Assembly: GCA_030648435.1 (NCBI GenBank)
Contig: JAUSHE010000004.1
Location: forward strand, 1-35,280
Length of the DNA stretch: 35,280 nucleotides
Source: Candidatus Daviesbacteria bacterium
Lineage (GTDB): Bacteria; Patescibacteriota; Microgenomatia; Daviesbacterales; UBA10151
Reading direction: 5' to 3'
Shown: piece after piece, positions 35,058 through 35,280 of the stretch
Position numbering within the stretch: position 1 is the first letter of the stretch
Layout of the letters: every line of letters starts with the position of its first letter
The notes under the pieces: generated by a model
Seen by the model: the letters and a program-made list of their open reading frames with translations, nothing else
What the model was told of the DNA's origin: nothing
The model's database searches: none
Position numbers and translations under genes: made by a program

Positions 35058-35280
35058 TTAATTTGCGGGAATTGTAGCTTCAGGCCAACTTGTATTCATT
35101 ATTGAATCCCCTTTATGTTCAAGCTTTTTCCAAAGTTCTTCTGTGATGAAGGGCATAAATGGGTGTAGCAGTTCCAGGCAAGTCTTGAAAATATGTTCCA
35201 GCGTCGATTGAGCTTCTGCTCTTCTTGTTTTTGTGCTTTCGATATACTTATCTGCAAACTCATGCCAGATGAATTCATAC
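35058..35280 (-). CDS. valS: Valyl-tRNA synthetase, 3' end (partial; absent from the ORF track)
   Basis: Hand translation: YEFIWHEFADKYIESTK..LLHPFMPFITEELW..SIMNTSWPEATIPAN*. Confidence 0.9.
   Translation of the reverse strand, partial: YEFIWHEFADKYIESTKTRRAEAQSTLEHIFKTCLELLHPFMPFITEELWKKLEHKGDSIMNTSWPEATIPAN

Noticed and set aside
35036-35075. Short (a/t)tt(t/c)tgcg repeats between rplY and the valS end
   Set aside because: Three degenerate units only; too weak to call a terminator or repeat family.

Overview
AT-rich bacterial chromosomal window. The gene content points to Patescibacteria/CPR, probably Microgenomates (inference). The right part is the replication-origin region: dnaN, a membrane-anchored Holliday-junction-resolvase-like nuclease, oriC with DnaA boxes and DnaA-trios, and dnaA. 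Diverging from dnaA are rpmH-rnpA-yidD-yidC-jag, an O-antigen-ligase-like gene, a flippase, RNase HI, an SDR-DUF4012 fusion, a DMT transporter, rplY and the 3' end of valS. The left ~22 kb is a dispersed, relaxase-free type IV secretion-like locus: six tandem VirB2/TrbC-type pilins, a VirB6-like protein, PrgI, a split VirB4, an SLT+M23 hydrolase and an Ig-like protein, with a coiled-coil SpoIID hydrolase at the edge. Five toxin-antitoxin modules and two orphan genes (1494 aa, 449 aa) are interleaved in it. Non-coding highlights: a cobalamin-riboswitch-like leader invaded by REP-like hairpins in front of the 449-aa orphan; two TA modules each bracketed by direct repeats that duplicate a neighbouring promoter; a dispersed TTCGAC-N-GCTCAG hairpin family; recurrent four-unit heptamer arrays inside genes; and many apparently leaderless genes. 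All calls come from reading motifs by eye; no searches were run.
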